Counted from the first letter of the stretch, positions 1-10,697 are shown. The stretch: 64,000 bases of DNA from an uncultured Verrucomicrobiae bacterium (GCA_963762565.1 CAVXLD010000010.1:256001-320000); one strand, 5' to 3'. Program-made: numbers and translations. Notes: generated by a model not told the origin, from the letters alone.

Positions 1-1779
1 TGGACAAACGACAAATTCGGTCTTCACGGAGATGGCAGCGGCGGCCGCGGCCAATTGGATATCTTTGAAATGTTTTTCACCCAGGAAGCCATGGATCAGT
101 TCAAGTTGTCTCCGGCTGAGTATGACGCAGTAAAGGCTCGAGAAGACGAAGAGAAGAAAAAGAAAGAGGCCGAAAAATCAAAGGAAGCAAAAGAACAAGC
201 AAGCCCTTCAGCTTCGCCCTCTCCCCAGACCAAAGAAGAGACCCCAAAGGTTGAGCCCATCAAGATTGACCTCGCAAATATCGAGGATCGGACAGCGCGG
301 CTGACCCTGGCGTCTGCTCAATTGTCTGACATGGTCCTGACGAAGGACGGCGAGCAATTGGTTTATATCGCTAAGAGCGATAAAGGGTACGAGCTCTGGC
401 TCCTGAAACCGCGAAGTAAAGATCTGAAACGGTTGGCCCAATTTGAGGCTCCGGATGTCGAGCATTTCGGACCACGATTCCCGATCGAGCTAAAACTCGA
501 TAAAGAAGAAAAAAACGTCTTCGTCCTGGCGAATGGCCACTTGAGCAAGGTCGAGCTGGCCTCCAGTAAAATGGAGCCGGTCAAATTCATGGCCGAAAAA
601 GAACTGAACGGAGCGGCCGAACGCGCCGCTCTCTTCGAGCACATGTGGCGCCAGGAAAAAGAGAAATTTTACGTAGCCGACATGGGAGGAGTCGACTGGG
701 ATTATTACAAGAAGGTCTACGCCAAGTTCCTACCCTACATCACGAACAATCGCGATTTTGCCGAAATGATGAGCGAGCTGCTCGGTGAGTTGAATGCCAG
801 CCACACCGGCTGTCGCTATTACCCGCAGGGCGGCGATCAGACAGCTTCGCTGGGTGCGTTCTTTGATCCTTCCTACAAAGGCGCCGGGATCAAGATCCAG
901 GAGATCATCGAAAAAGGTCCGTTAGTGGCAACCAATGGTCAGGTTCAGGCGGGAATGATTATCGAAAAAATCGACGGAGTGACGCTTACCCCGGGAATGG
1001 ATATCAGCCCCCTGTTAAACTTGAAAGCCGGCAAAGCGACTCTACTGAGCATCTTCGATCCAGCCAAAAACGCCCGTTCCGATGTAACCATGAAACCGGT
1101 CAGCCAAGCAGAGCTGATCGAGCTCTTGTATGATCGCTGGGTTAAAAGGCGGCGAGATCTGGTAAACCGGCTAAGCAACAGCACCATTGGCTACGTGCAC
1201 GTGCGCGGGATGACCGATGAAAGCTATCGGGAAACCTTTTCTGATGCGCTCGGCCGGGAACAAACCAAAAAAGCGCTCATCGTCGACACCCGCTACAATG
1301 GCGGAGGTAACTTGCACGATCAGTTAGCTACATTCCTCTCGGGAAAACCCTATCTGAAATTCTTCCCCCGTGGCCAATCTCTGGGCTGGGAACCAAATGA
1401 TAAGTGGGACCGCAATACCGCAATTCTAGCGAACGAAGGCGATTACTCGGATGGGATGTTGTTTCCTTGGGTTTATAAACACTTCAAGATCGGCAAGTTT
1501 ATCGGGATGCCTGTCCCTGGAACCGGCACCGCGGTCTGGTGGGAGTTTCAGCAAGATCCGACTCTCCTGTTTGGGATGCCGGAGGTCGGTTTTGTCGACG
1601 AAGAGGGCCATTACATGGAGAAGACCCAGGTCGAGCCCGATATCGAAGTCATGAACGACCCGAAGAGCGTGGCCGAAGGCCAGGATCTGCAAGTGGAGCG
1701 TGCGGTGGCGGAACTAATGAAAGAGGATCAGACCCCTGCGGTCGGGTCGAGCTCCCGCTCAACTGGCGCCTCGAGGTAA
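1..1779 (+). CDS. Tricorn-like S41 family peptidase, 5' partial
   Basis: Frame is open from the window start. Motifs ELNASHTG (His), a PDZ-like segment, IVDTRYNGGG, catalytic YSDG and GMPVPGT. Confidence 0.9.
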   Translation, partial: WTNDKFGLHGDGSGGRGQLDIFEMFFTQEAMDQFKLSPAEYDAVKAREDEEKKKKEAEKSKEAKEQASPSASPSPQTKEETPKVEPIKIDLANIEDRTARLTLASAQLSDMVLTKDGEQLVYIAKSDKGYELWLLKPRSKDLKRLAQFEAPDVEHFGPRFPIELKLDKEEKNVFVLANGHLSKVELASSKMEPVKFMAEKELNGAAERAALFEHMWRQEKEKFYVADMGGVDWDYYKKVYAKFLPYITNNRDFAEMMSELLGELNASHTGCRYYPQGGDQTASLGAFFDPSYKGAGIKIQEIIEKGPLVATNGQVQAGMIIEKIDGVTLTPGMDISPLLNLKAGKATLLSIFDPAKNARSDVTMKPVSQAELIELLYDRWVKRRRDLVNRLSNSTIGYVHVRGMTDESYRETFSDALGREQTKKALIVDTRYNGGGNLHDQLATFLSGKPYLKFFPRGQSLGWEPNDKWDRNTAILANEGDYSDGMLFPWVYKHFKIGKFIGMPVPGTGTAVWWEFQQDPTLLFGMPEVGFVDEEGHYMEKTQVEPDIEVMNDPKSVAEGQDLQVERAVAELMKEDQTPAVGSSSRSTGASR

Positions 1780-1888
1780 GAACAATTCGGTAGGGAGGAG
1801 CTCCCGCTCCTCCGCGCCCGATCGATCTCCTCAAAAATTTGCGGTTGAAGCCGCTGCGGTTTAGTTCTACTTTCACGACCTTTTCCGA

Positions 1889-1962
1889 GGAGTTATAGCT
1901 CAATTGGTTAGAGCGCCGCCCTGTCACGGCGGAGGTTGCGGGTTCGAGCCCCGTTAACTCCG
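1889..1962 (+). tRNA. tRNA-Asp (GTC), CCA not encoded
   Basis: Acceptor stem GGAGTTA/TAACTCC, D arm AGCTCAATTGGTTAGAGC, anticodon arm CCGCC-CTGTCAC-GGCGG, T loop GGTTCGAGCC. Confidence 0.97.
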
Positions 1963-2456
1963 GTTGTTTCCTCGAGACTCTCTTGAGGAGAAAGTACCCT
2001 GAAATACCTAGAAGTACGCGAAAGTCCTTCTTTAAGGGCTATACTTTAGGCTCGGTATGAGATCCGCGCTCGTAAGACTTCTGAGGTTTTCTCCGTCGCC
2101 GTAACGGTAAACCGGGGTGATTTTTACTATTGCCCGGAGCCACTGAGTTCTCATTCGGATCAGCACACTGCTGGCCCACATTTGCGGTGCTTCGGGTAAC
2201 AAGGCGACTTGCAAAGAGCTCTGACCAAAGAGCCCGCCGGTTACATCACGGAACGTTGCCGTACTCAACTCGAACGTGTCTCCTATTAAATTCCTCCACC
2301 GCGGCAAATGCTCTTTGTGGCAGATTTGTTGACTGACCCTTGACTGACCCCTTTTTTTCGCGCTCGGTCGCTTGCGGAATGTTCCCTTGGACATCACTCC
2401 GGTCAGCGAACATCGGTTTATGTTCCCAAAGTACATGTCAGGCGTTACACTCAGCG

Positions 2457-2717
2457 TTAGCGTCTTAACATTCTATCAGCGGCAAGCGTTGAATCTTTTG
2501 GGATCCAGCCGGTAAAGGTTTGATTCGGATACGCCGCTCCGAAATTCAAAAATGTGTTGCCGTTCTTGCTTGTGAAGACTTTAACCACCGTGCCTTCAAC
2601 GGTTGCTTGCTGGCCGGCCTCGGTGTCGGGAATGGTCGTCGCGGTTTGAGCATGCAGCGCCACAAGGAACCCAGAGAAAAGTATCGCCAAGAACAATGAA
2701 CGCGAGGGCGTTTTCAC
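2457..2717 (-). pseudogene. Secreted OB-fold protein, probably truncated
   Basis: Signal peptide, then VEGTVVKVFTSKNGNTFLNFGAAYPNQTFTGWIP. It appears to end before the rest of the OB barrel. Confidence 0.55.
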
Positions 2718-2777
2718 GGGGTGCCTTATTCTACTAAATGCGAAGCGTGCTCGTTCGCCCCTTCCTTGTCTGTTGGC

Positions 2778-4166
2778 TCACTTAGCATAAAGAAAAAATT
2801 CTTGAACCTTCCCGTCTCGTGTTCTGTAGAGCTCTGCTAGTAACCCAGTCTTCTCAAAGTCGAACTCTAACACGCTGTGGGCCATATCGCCTCTCTCGTT
2901 GGTGGAGAGTAGTTTTATCGACTTTGGTTCTCCTAGTTCCCTAAGGGAGTGAGCCGCACGCTCAACTTTTTCTGGCGTCAAGAAGGCGTCAAAGTCTTCA
3001 CTAAGAAGTGATCGGTCAATCTCTCCCTGCTGAAAGGCAGCAAAGAACTGCGCTGCGACCGTAATTGGATTCGACCCCGCGATCTTTGGTACAGGCTCTC
3101 CAATTTCCGCGGGGAGCAGAAGCGGTTCGAGATGTTCGATTAAGTCGTCCTTTGAAACGTTGTCGGTGTTCATGGTGATGAAGAAAGCGGATTGTGTTGA
3201 TGGCACGAATTCGTTCGACGACCTAAACCCATTGGCTGCTCCATCGTGTGAAAGCACGATTTGCCGAATCACTTCTTTAACAGCCAATCCTGCACCGTAA
3301 CCTGTGCCCACCCCGCTTTTGAGTAGACGGCTAGTCGTCATCAGACGATACGATTCAGGCTTTAAGACTTTCCCATTCATCAAAGCGAGATCCCAAGTGA
3401 CGATGTCGCTCGGCGTAGAATAAAGACTGCCGGCCGAAAACATCCATCCCGCGGGCTCTGGAGGTACCGGTTGCGGGTCTAAGCCGCCAAAGGAGCCGTA
3501 GCCGATCGCGGCTTCGGAGCTACCCGGATCGGATTCAAATCCGGAATGAGTCATCGCGAGCGGTCTGAGTATCCGTTCCTGCAAAAACTCCTCGTACGAT
3601 TTGCCAGAAACCTTCTCCACAACTCGACCCAAGATGAAATAGTTAGTGTTGCTGTAGGAGCACCGCGTGCCTGGTTCGAAATCAAGCGGTTGCTTTGCGT
3701 ACTCTTTAATGACTGCGTCGGTTGTGGTTGGTCGTGTCATCTCTCTGGTCAGAAAATCTAGAGGATAATAGTCGCGATACCCGGATACCATGTTCAGGAG
3801 ATCAAGGAGTCGAACGTCCTGAGCTCGAGTGAGATCCGGAAAGTACTTTGCAACTGGGTCGTCGATTGAGAGCTTGCCTTCCTCGGACAAAAGAAGGATT
3901 CAGGCTGCAGTAAACTCCTTTGTGACGGACGCAATGGCGAATCTCGTGTCTTTGTCGACCGGTCGTTTTGTTTCCTTTGAAGCGTAGCCGTAGCCTTTGC
4001 AGAAGGTAATCTTTCCTCCCTGCACAACGGCAACAGAGATTCGGACAAAAGGTTTACGGCTTACCTGGTCTGCGAAATAATCATCCAACTCCTTTGGATC
4101 TAGCGGCTTGGTTGGCGCCGTGCCCGTGACCGGTTGAGCCGATAAACTTTCGACCGACGCGAACAT
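2778..4166 (-). pseudogene. Serine hydrolase (beta-lactamase/AmpC-like) with an in-frame TGA
   Basis: ORFs 3900-4166 (ASVTK, the SxxK motif) and 2778-3890 (YSNTNY, HDG) are in the same frame and read KEFTAA*ILLLSEEGK. Confidence 0.85.
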
Positions 4167-4507
4167 CGCTAGTATTGCAAATGCGCGGCCGAGTCGAATC
4201 CTTTTAGCTGGCGTAAACAGTCTGCCGTCCCGCGCGCTGAAACCTCTTTGCCAACCGACAGCAGAATGTTTCCAGTTAGGTTCATAATTGCTAAACCTTT
4301 CTTGGTATATATGCCGATTCGAAACAATTTTTTGCTAATCAGTGAGCTCCTCTCGCTCATTCGTCCATTCGAACTGAGTTATCGAGTGCTATGAACGGCG
4401 ACCAAAGGGGCCGCCCGAGCTTTGCCGAAGGGAGACGCGAACGCGATCAACCCGGCTTCGGCCGCGCAATTCGCGTCTCCGGGACGGGCGCTCAGACGCA
4501 GAACCTC

Positions 4508-4714
4508 TTACCGATAGTACCATCGGTGATTCCGCCAGTAACGGCCGTGCCAGTAGGGGTGAGCGTAATATCGGTGTCCGGCCGGACCCCAGTAGTACCC
4601 AGGAGCGTAATACCCCGGCCCTACGGTAACGATTACGCGGGCAGCTTCAGCCGGTTTCGGGCACACGAGCGATACCGTGAACAATGCCGATATCGCTATT
4701 AGCATTCTTTTCAT
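4508..4714 (-). CDS. Small secreted Tyr/Trp/Arg/His-rich protein
   Basis: Sec signal ending AEA, then GPGYYAPGYYWGPAGHRYYAHPYWHGRYWRNHRWYYR. Confidence 0.65.
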   Translation of the reverse strand: MKRMLIAISALFTVSLVCPKPAEAARVIVTVGPGYYAPGYYWGPAGHRYYAHPYWHGRYWRNHRWYYR

Positions 4715-4798
4715 ACCTAAAATTCGCTGGTCGACGGACCTTCGGTTTTACTCCCAATATCCGTCGTACCGTTTACAGCATCGGATTAGCCAGGTCGT

Positions 4799-5005
4799 TT
4801 AGTATCGCTCGAGCACAACTTCTTTGGATTTCTTGTCGTCTCTCCAACCGAGGAAGGTAGTCTGTCGTAATTTGATCGTCCGCGGTCAGTTCGGCATACA
4901 CAATTTCGCAAACAAGCCTGGGCTGAACCCATTGGATTTTCTTTTTGATGTTCGGCGGATTAACGAAAGGGCACTTGTCGATGAAGAGCGGCTTCATTCG
5001 GTCTA
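4799..5005 (-). pseudogene. ATP-dependent DNA ligase (LigD-like) OB-domain fragment
   Basis: KCPFVNPP..WVQPRLVCEIVYAELTADDQ, then after a frameshift LRQTTFLGWRDDK. Confidence 0.75.
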
Positions 5006-5184
5006 CCGCGTCCGCTGTTGTAGCAGACCCTCCAGGGCTTGCGCAGGCGCGACAGCCAAACGCTGTAGGGATGCGCCAAGGCTTCGGATGCATTTTTGCG
5101 AAGTATGTTTCGCCGACTTGCAGCATCTACCAGAATAAGGCGCACGACCATGCTGGCTTGCGGCCCCTTTGAGTCGAGAGAAGC

Positions 5185-6499
5185 ATGAAAAGAATCAATT
5201 TGTTTAGATGGTTCGGCATTTGGCTGATCGCCGGCCTTGGTCTCATAGTGCTGGCGCCTGCCTCCAGATCGGCGACCCTTACCGTGTTGTACAGTTTCCA
5301 GAGTGGCGGCAGCGATGCCAATAATCCCAGCGCCGGGTTGGTGATGGATGCCGACGGCAATCTCTATGGTCCCAGCTATGGGGGCGGCAGCCCAGGCGGC
5401 GAAGGCGCGATATTTGAATTGAGCCCACCCCCGGCAGGGCAGACGGAATGGACCGAAACGATGATCCACGGCTTTTCCGCGATCGACGGACAAGATGATG
5501 GCGCCCACCCGGAGGGCAGCCTTCTCGTAGACTCGAATGGCAATCTGTACGGTACTACCACCGGCGGCGGCGGCCCTGGCAACGACGGCGGGGGCACGGT
5601 GTTTCAATTGGCGCCTCCGGCTACGACTGGGGCCCCTTGGACTCTCGCGACGCTTTACGTCTTTCCGGTGCAAGGTCGGGCTGGGGCATACGCCTGAGAC
5701 GCGCTTGTTGATGGACAACACAGGTGCGCTTTACGGCACAACGCCCTCGCAAGGCGCGGAAAAGCTCTCCGACGTGGTTCCTGGGCTGGTCTATGAGCTT
5801 AGCCCGCCGGCTGCCGGGCAGACGGCTTGGAGCTACAGCACACTCTACAGCTTCCCGGTTTCGAAGCACGGTACGATCTCTCCGATTTCCGGTCTGGTCG
5901 CCGACACGGATGGCGCACTTTACGGAACCTTCGTTGAATACAGTACGCCAGGGAAAACCGGAGTGTTCAAATTGACGCCGCCTGCGGAGGAGGGGGGCAA
6001 TTGGTCGGAGGCACCCATTTTCATGTTTCCAGACAGCAGCGGCACACCGGTTGGCGAGCTTACAATTGACGAATCAGGCGCCATCTACGGCGTAACCGAC
6101 GCTAGTGGGGGCAGCATCAATGGCACCGTGTTTCTGCTGACGCCTCCCGGCGGGACCCAGACCGCTTGGACGCAAACTATTCTGAGTAAATTCAAGACCT
6201 CTCGCTCAACCGCTAGCCCCAACGCTGGTGTCTTGTTTGGCAGCGACGGCCAACTTTACGGCAATACCCTTGGCGGCAAAGGCAAGTCAGCTGCCGGCAC
6301 CACGTACCAGTTGACGCCACCAGCAGGAGGTACGGGCGATTGGACGAATCAGACCTTGGTGCAGTTCAAGTTCAAGCCGGCCGGTGGTGGTCAGGATCCG
6401 CGTGGCAGTTTAGTTCTGGGCGCGGGTGGAGAGCTTTATGGCGTGACCGGAGCCGGAGGTGCGGACGATGTTGGGACGGTTTTCGAAGTCGCACCTTAG
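5185..6499 (+). pseudogene. Secreted Gloeo_Verruco (GloVer) tandem-repeat beta-propeller protein, frameshifted near 5660-5690
   Basis: Repeats of the type P.AGLV.D.DGNLYG..GG..G.VF.L.PP occur in both ORFs 5185-5697 and 5537-6499. Signal peptide present; ends TVFEVAP. Confidence 0.8.
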
Positions 6500-6519
6500 G
6501 GGAGCGTCCTTATTTTTTT

Positions 6520-6702
6520 ATTGACCAAGCTGTTGGATACCAGGCGCCGGCTTAATGATGCGTTCTAGCACGCCTCTACGCTCTAGAATTGGCTTTCCTG
6601 TTAGGTCTTCGCCTTTATGCCAAAGGATATCGAAGACGTAGTAGAGAGTTGGCGCAGTCGGTTGCTTTTGGAATCGCTGCAGAAGCTGAAAACGCGGTAT
6701 AT
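6520..6702 (-). pseudogene. LigD-like adenylation-domain fragment
   Basis: PRFQLLQR..YYVFDILWHKGEDLTGKPILERRGVLE. Confidence 0.75.
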
Positions 6703-7075
6703 GATTCACCTCTTCGAAAAACGTGAAGTCATTTGCATGGATGGTGTTGAAACTTTTGCCGGAGGCATTGATGAACTTTGTTTCCGGAGGGTTAGCTGCT
6801 TTGGCTAGCGGATACATACGCCATTGTTTCTTGAAACTTTCAACAGCAGGCTTTCGGGTCGCCGTTAACGAGTAATCCGCGTGCTCCAATCCAGTTCCCG
6901 AAGGTGGCGCAACGGGAGACGAAGTAACCATCTGGGATTGGCCCTTGGTAGTCTGGCGGGAGGAACAGGAATTTCCCGCCTTTCCCTTTGTCTGGACCGG
7001 CGTTGCCCATGTCGGTCACGTAGTGGAACCAAAGATCGTCAACGAAACCAAGGATATTAGGTGGTGTCTCGACCG
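6703..7075 (-). pseudogene. DUF1254/DUF1214-family internal fragment, frameshifted
   Basis: ETPPNILGFVDDLWFHYVTDMGNAGPDKGKGGKFLFLPPDY and YPLAKAANPPETKFINASGKSFNTIHAND lie in two frames. Confidence 0.7.
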
Positions 7076-7253
7076 CCGCGCCACGTCGGCCTAAAAACTT
7101 TTGCAGATTCCTGAGTATATCGCCACTCGCTTGGCCATCTTTAACCTGTGGAGAGCAATGAACTTGCTTCCCTAAACCATGGAATCCATGAAAAAAACAG
7201 GCACAGAAATTGTTCCTCACTGCGGCGACGAAATTGTTAGTCGCAACCCCTAA

Positions 7254-8030
7254 ATGAAACTTACTCACAGATTATTTGTAATCCCGCTTGCGCTCGGAGC
7301 GATCGTCACGATCACGGACAGGGCGAAGGCTGCGGGAACTGGCCCGGTCACGACCAACCTGGGGCTATGGTTGGAAGCAGATCAGGGATTGGCCTCCGAC
7401 GGTTCAACTTGGGCCGACCAGTCGGGCCTGGGTAACAATGCCACCGCCCTCCCCGGCAAAAATCCCACTGTGGTGGCAGACGTCTTCAATGGACTGCCGG
7501 CAGTCGAGTTCCGTCATCAGGCGATGAGTTTAGCCGCTCCGCCGATCACTTCACAACAGTTCACCATCGTGGTTTTGGCCACTGACAAGACCAAGACAAA
7601 CAGCAAGAACACCGGATTCAGGGAAATTTTCTCGAACTGGGATGGGACTAATACAACGACCTCCGTGTTCCTTGGAAATACGTATGTCAATCCTATCAAG
7701 GTACGCTTCACTGATTACATCGGAGGAGAAGAGCAAGGCGACACGGGTGTCGGCATGATCGGTCGGGCGTCAAAAGGATTTGTCTTAGTCGGAGTGAGCA
7801 GTGCGACGGATGCGCAAGTCCTTCTAAACGGGAAACTCCTTTACGATCTGGGAACGACGCTAGCGCCGCGAGATTTGAGCACGAGCTTCTACCTGGGTGA
7901 ACAAGGCAGTTTTGCCGGAGAGTACTGGAACGGCGACATCGAAGAGATATTGGTTTACAACGTCGCGCTTACCCACAAAGAGATCGTGCAGGACTGCGAT
8001 TACTTGAAGGCGAAATACGCAATTCCGTAG
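7254..8030 (+). CDS. Secreted LamG/concanavalin A-like jellyroll protein
   Basis: Signal peptide, LWLEAD..W.DQSG..N.A, and YWNGDIEEILVYN.AL..YLKAKY. Confidence 0.75.
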   Translation: MKLTHRLFVIPLALGAIVTITDRAKAAGTGPVTTNLGLWLEADQGLASDGSTWADQSGLGNNATALPGKNPTVVADVFNGLPAVEFRHQAMSLAAPPITSQQFTIVVLATDKTKTNSKNTGFREIFSNWDGTNTTTSVFLGNTYVNPIKVRFTDYIGGEEQGDTGVGMIGRASKGFVLVGVSSATDAQVLLNGKLLYDLGTTLAPRDLSTSFYLGEQGSFAGEYWNGDIEEILVYNVALTHKEIVQDCDYLKAKYAIP

Positions 8031-8038
8031 ACGACGTA

Positions 8039-8070
8039 TGTGGGGTCATCACCAAGGCGATGACCCCACA
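8039..8070. terminator. Hairpin after the LamG gene
   Basis: TGTGGGGTCATC / GATGACCCCACA 12-bp stem; no strong U tract. Confidence 0.45.
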
Positions 8071-8230
8071 ATTGGCGGGCGACTGCGGATCTAATCCAAA
8101 AAAACGAGGTTGGGATGTCGAGCGACTTCATTGACGGCATATTGACAGATACAGCCTCGTTTCGGTGCGTAGTGATGCGTTTCGGCTCGTATCTATTCCT
8201 ACGCAAGTGACTCTCTCCTAGGAAATTATA

Positions 8231-8255
8231 CGGGTTCGAGCCCCGTTAACTCCGG
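8231..8255 (+). repeat. attR-like duplicate of the tRNA-Asp 3' end
   Basis: Exact copy of 1939-1963. Confidence 0.92.
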
Positions 8256-8344
8256 AATGCTACTCACCAACTTATTTACCGCAAGAAGTGCGGTGAGTAA
8301 TCTGCTATTCACCGCAAATAAGGGCTTGTTTCCTCTGCTTCCCG

Positions 8345-8830
8345 CTACTTGGCCGCCGTTTCCTGGCTGAATAAGCAAACCCAACCATTCGCTCGCTTGG
8401 TCCAGAGCGCGGACACGTACACGTGAGCGGTAAATTCTTTACCGTGTGAGCTCCCTTTTTCGGTGACGTAGTAGGATATCAGGCCCGTGTCGGCTGAAAT
8501 GGGCAGGAACTTCTCATCTTCAATTTTGTAGTCCGCAAGCTTGAATCCCTCAGTGTGCTTGAGCACCTCTGCTTTGCTGGCTGGACCGAAGGCATCCACA
8601 AAAACCGCTTCATCCGCGATCAGATTTCCAAATGCGTTGAAGTCACCTGCTTTCAGGGCATCCAATTCCGCGCGTTCCTGGGCGAGGATTTGCTGACCAA
8701 CCGAGTTGTCCGAGATTGTTGGGGCGGGTGACGCCGGCGAAGGATCTGCGGCAGTGGCCTTTGGTCCGATGAGTAGGGTGCTGCCAACGCCAACTGCTGC
8801 AATGAGGATGCAAGCCGAGATTTTTTTCAT
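8345..8830 (-). CDS. Secreted NTF2-like (DUF4440) protein
   Basis: Signal peptide, ERAELDALKAGDF, and VSALWTKRANGWVCLFSQET. Confidence 0.75.
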   Translation of the reverse strand: MKKISACILIAAVGVGSTLLIGPKATAADPSPASPAPTISDNSVGQQILAQERAELDALKAGDFNAFGNLIADEAVFVDAFGPASKAEVLKHTEGFKLADYKIEDEKFLPISADTGLISYYVTEKGSSHGKEFTAHVYVSALWTKRANGWVCLFSQETAAK

Positions 8831-8967
8831 AGTTCGTCCTGAAAGAGATTCCATTTGTAATTAGCTGAGTATCCGCAGGCAAAGGCACTGCCAGATGTTT
8901 CCGGTCTTGGCCAGCCGAAGCAAAATTCTCGTCTGTTTTAACGCGAACTTCTATAAACGGCCACGAT

Positions 8968-9339
8968 ATGCTGAAGCGATCGTTTATCCTTGTTCTTTTT
9001 CTAGTCTCGTTTGTCGCACTCGCTGCGCCAGCAGCCAACGTCGAAGTCGCCAGGGTGCCCATGCCACAACTCGCACCTCTACAATGGGAACTGCTGCGCC
9101 AACAACAAGGCGGTCACTTTCATCCGCTCGCCATCGATGTGAACCTTGCCATGAGATATGGGAAAATCTTGAGCGTGAGCGTCCGCCGCGGGACCGGACA
9201 CGACGATATCGACAAGACGATTGTGAAGTGGATTGAAACCAATTGGAAAACGTATCCTTCGTTCGCAGGCGGAGACAAATTTGTGATTTCGATGAATGTC
9301 GATCCGGCTGTTCGTGAGGTTGTGTTTCGGAGGAGCTAG
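8968..9339 (+). CDS. Small secreted TonB C-terminal-like protein, paralog 1
   Basis: Signal peptide and GKILSVSVRRGTGHDDIDKTIVKWIETNW, resembling the TonB_C V..SSG..LD..W pattern. Paralogous to 9634-10080. Confidence 0.6.
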   Translation: MLKRSFILVLFLVSFVALAAPAANVEVARVPMPQLAPLQWELLRQQQGGHFHPLAIDVNLAMRYGKILSVSVRRGTGHDDIDKTIVKWIETNWKTYPSFAGGDKFVISMNVDPAVREVVFRRS

Positions 9340-9617
9340 GAGCTAGGGGTGGCGTCGCGGCTTTGGTAGAGGCTCCAGAAGAGCCCGGTGATTGACCAAG
9401 GGTTAACCGCACGAACGCCGAGAGATAATGAGCAAGGCCGATAGACGCGCCGAGCCGTGGCCCACGATATACCACGGCTCGGCGCGATCTAAGAGGTAAC
9501 AGCACGAGGTGGAGTGACGTCACTTAAAGCTTCGCTCAAACGATTGAATTAATCGGGAGCCTCGCCCCACCAAGGCAACACGCCCTCCTAACTCCTAGAT
9601 TCTAGCTCCTAGCTCCT
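9331..9617. repeat. Composite palindrome: AGGAGCT heptamer shell (G) around a family A element (9365-9571)
   Basis: Ends aggagctaggagctag / ctagctcctagctcct, central hairpin cgcgccgagccgtgg / ccacggctcggcgcg, right arm GGGAGCCTCGCCCCACC. Confidence 0.85.
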
Positions 9618-9633
9618 CTATATTGGCGCTGCT

Positions 9634-10080
9634 ATGAAAAAGAGGCTTTTTGCGCTCTCGCTTTCTTTGTCTTTCCTAGTCTCTGCGCCAGCTGCGCTGG
9701 CAGGTTATGTCCAGATTGGCAGGGTTCCTATGCCGGAACTGACTTCATCGGAATGGGCCATGATAAGGCATCAGCAAGGACCGAATCCGCAAATCATCCC
9801 TGTGGATATAAACCTCGCTGTCAATCAGGGCGTCGTCTACGCGGTCAGTATCCGCCACGGAAGCGGCTACCTGGACATCGACAACACGATCGTGAGATGG
9901 ATCGCCACCAATTGGAGAACAGACAATTGGTTCAGGGGCGGCGATGCCTATGTTGTGTCTCTGGACGTAGATCCGGTTCTTCACCATGTCGTTTTCCGGA
10001 ACAACGATGGGAATGTCAGAAACACTGTTCCTTTGATCGAAACCCTTAGAGCGGACGCCTCATTGATAAAGGTAAACTGA
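9634..10080 (+). CDS. Small secreted TonB C-terminal-like protein, paralog 2
   Basis: RVPMPEL..W..GVVYAVSIRHGSGYLDIDNTIVRWIATNW aligns with paralog 1. Confidence 0.6.
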   Translation: MKKRLFALSLSLSFLVSAPAALAGYVQIGRVPMPELTSSEWAMIRHQQGPNPQIIPVDINLAVNQGVVYAVSIRHGSGYLDIDNTIVRWIATNWRTDNWFRGGDAYVVSLDVDPVLHHVVFRNNDGNVRNTVPLIETLRADASLIKVN

Positions 10081-10146
10081 CGGCCCTATCTAGACGCCGT
10101 AGCACTGGATCGCTCGCTTCCTTCGCGGTCATCCTCGATCGGGAAC

Positions 10147-10243
10147 AAAGTAAACAGTAATCAGTAATCAGTTTCGATCAGTTTTCGAGAACTGGCCAGC
10201 CGCCAGTTACTGATTACTGGCACACTGATTACTGATTACTTTT
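10147..10243. repeat. Inverted heptamer arrays (CAGTAAT)n ... (ACTGATT)n
   Basis: cagtaatcagtaatcagt on the left, actgattactgattact on the right. Confidence 0.8.
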
Positions 10244-10283
10244 GAGATCCGCGCGACAGACTATTGATCGGCCGCCCGGGCGG

Positions 10284-10691
10284 CTACTTCTTAGCGGCCG
10301 TTTCTTTCTCCGGAGCTGGTTTCTCTTCCACCACCGGCTGATCGACCCACTCGATGTAGGCCATGGGCGCTGAATCGCTGGCGCGTGGTCCGAGCTTGAT
10401 GATGCGCACATAACCGCCCGCTCGAGATCCGCTTCTGGGCGCCACATCCGCAAACAGCCTGCGAACCGCTTCCTTTTGTCTCAAGAAGGCGAAAGCCAGC
10501 CGGCGGGCATGCAGATCGTTACGTTTTCCCAGAGTAACCATTCTCTCGGCATAAGGCCGGACCGCCTTAGCTTTTGCCAGAGTCGTCCGGATCCGACTAT
10601 GCTCGATAAGGCTGCAGACCTGGTTGGCTAGCAGCAAATTCCGATGCTCGGCCTTCCGGCCGAGCTTAATGGTTTTCTTCGTGTGTCGCAT
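10284..10691 (-). CDS. rplQ: 50S ribosomal protein L17
   Basis: MRH..KLGR..HR, RIRTTLAKAK, GGYVRIIKLGPRASDSAPMA. Confidence 0.98.
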   Translation of the reverse strand: MRHTKKTIKLGRKAEHRNLLLANQVCSLIEHSRIRTTLAKAKAVRPYAERMVTLGKRNDLHARRLAFAFLRQKEAVRRLFADVAPRSGSRAGGYVRIIKLGPRASDSAPMAYIEWVDQPVVEEKPAPEKETAAKK

Positions 10692-10697
10692 ATTAGA

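Larger units (their letters stand above)
1939..8255. mobile_element. Decayed genomic island integrated at the tRNA-Asp 3' end
   Basis: 25-bp direct repeat CGGGTTCGAGCCCCGTTAACTCCGG at 1939-1963 and 8231-8255. The interior is rich in gene fragments and has no intact integrase. Confidence 0.85.

Noticed and set aside
2032..2436. Integrase remnant next to the tRNA
   Set aside because: There are no recognisable R-H-R-Y catalytic motifs; the resemblance is too weak to call by eye.
3900..3902. Selenocysteine codon
   Set aside because: The position is non-catalytic, the family is not known for Sec, and I identified no SECIS.
8000..8206. AVARQLWGH as an integrase C-terminal motif
   Set aside because: It overlaps a hairpin and lacks supporting motifs, so it is probably chance.
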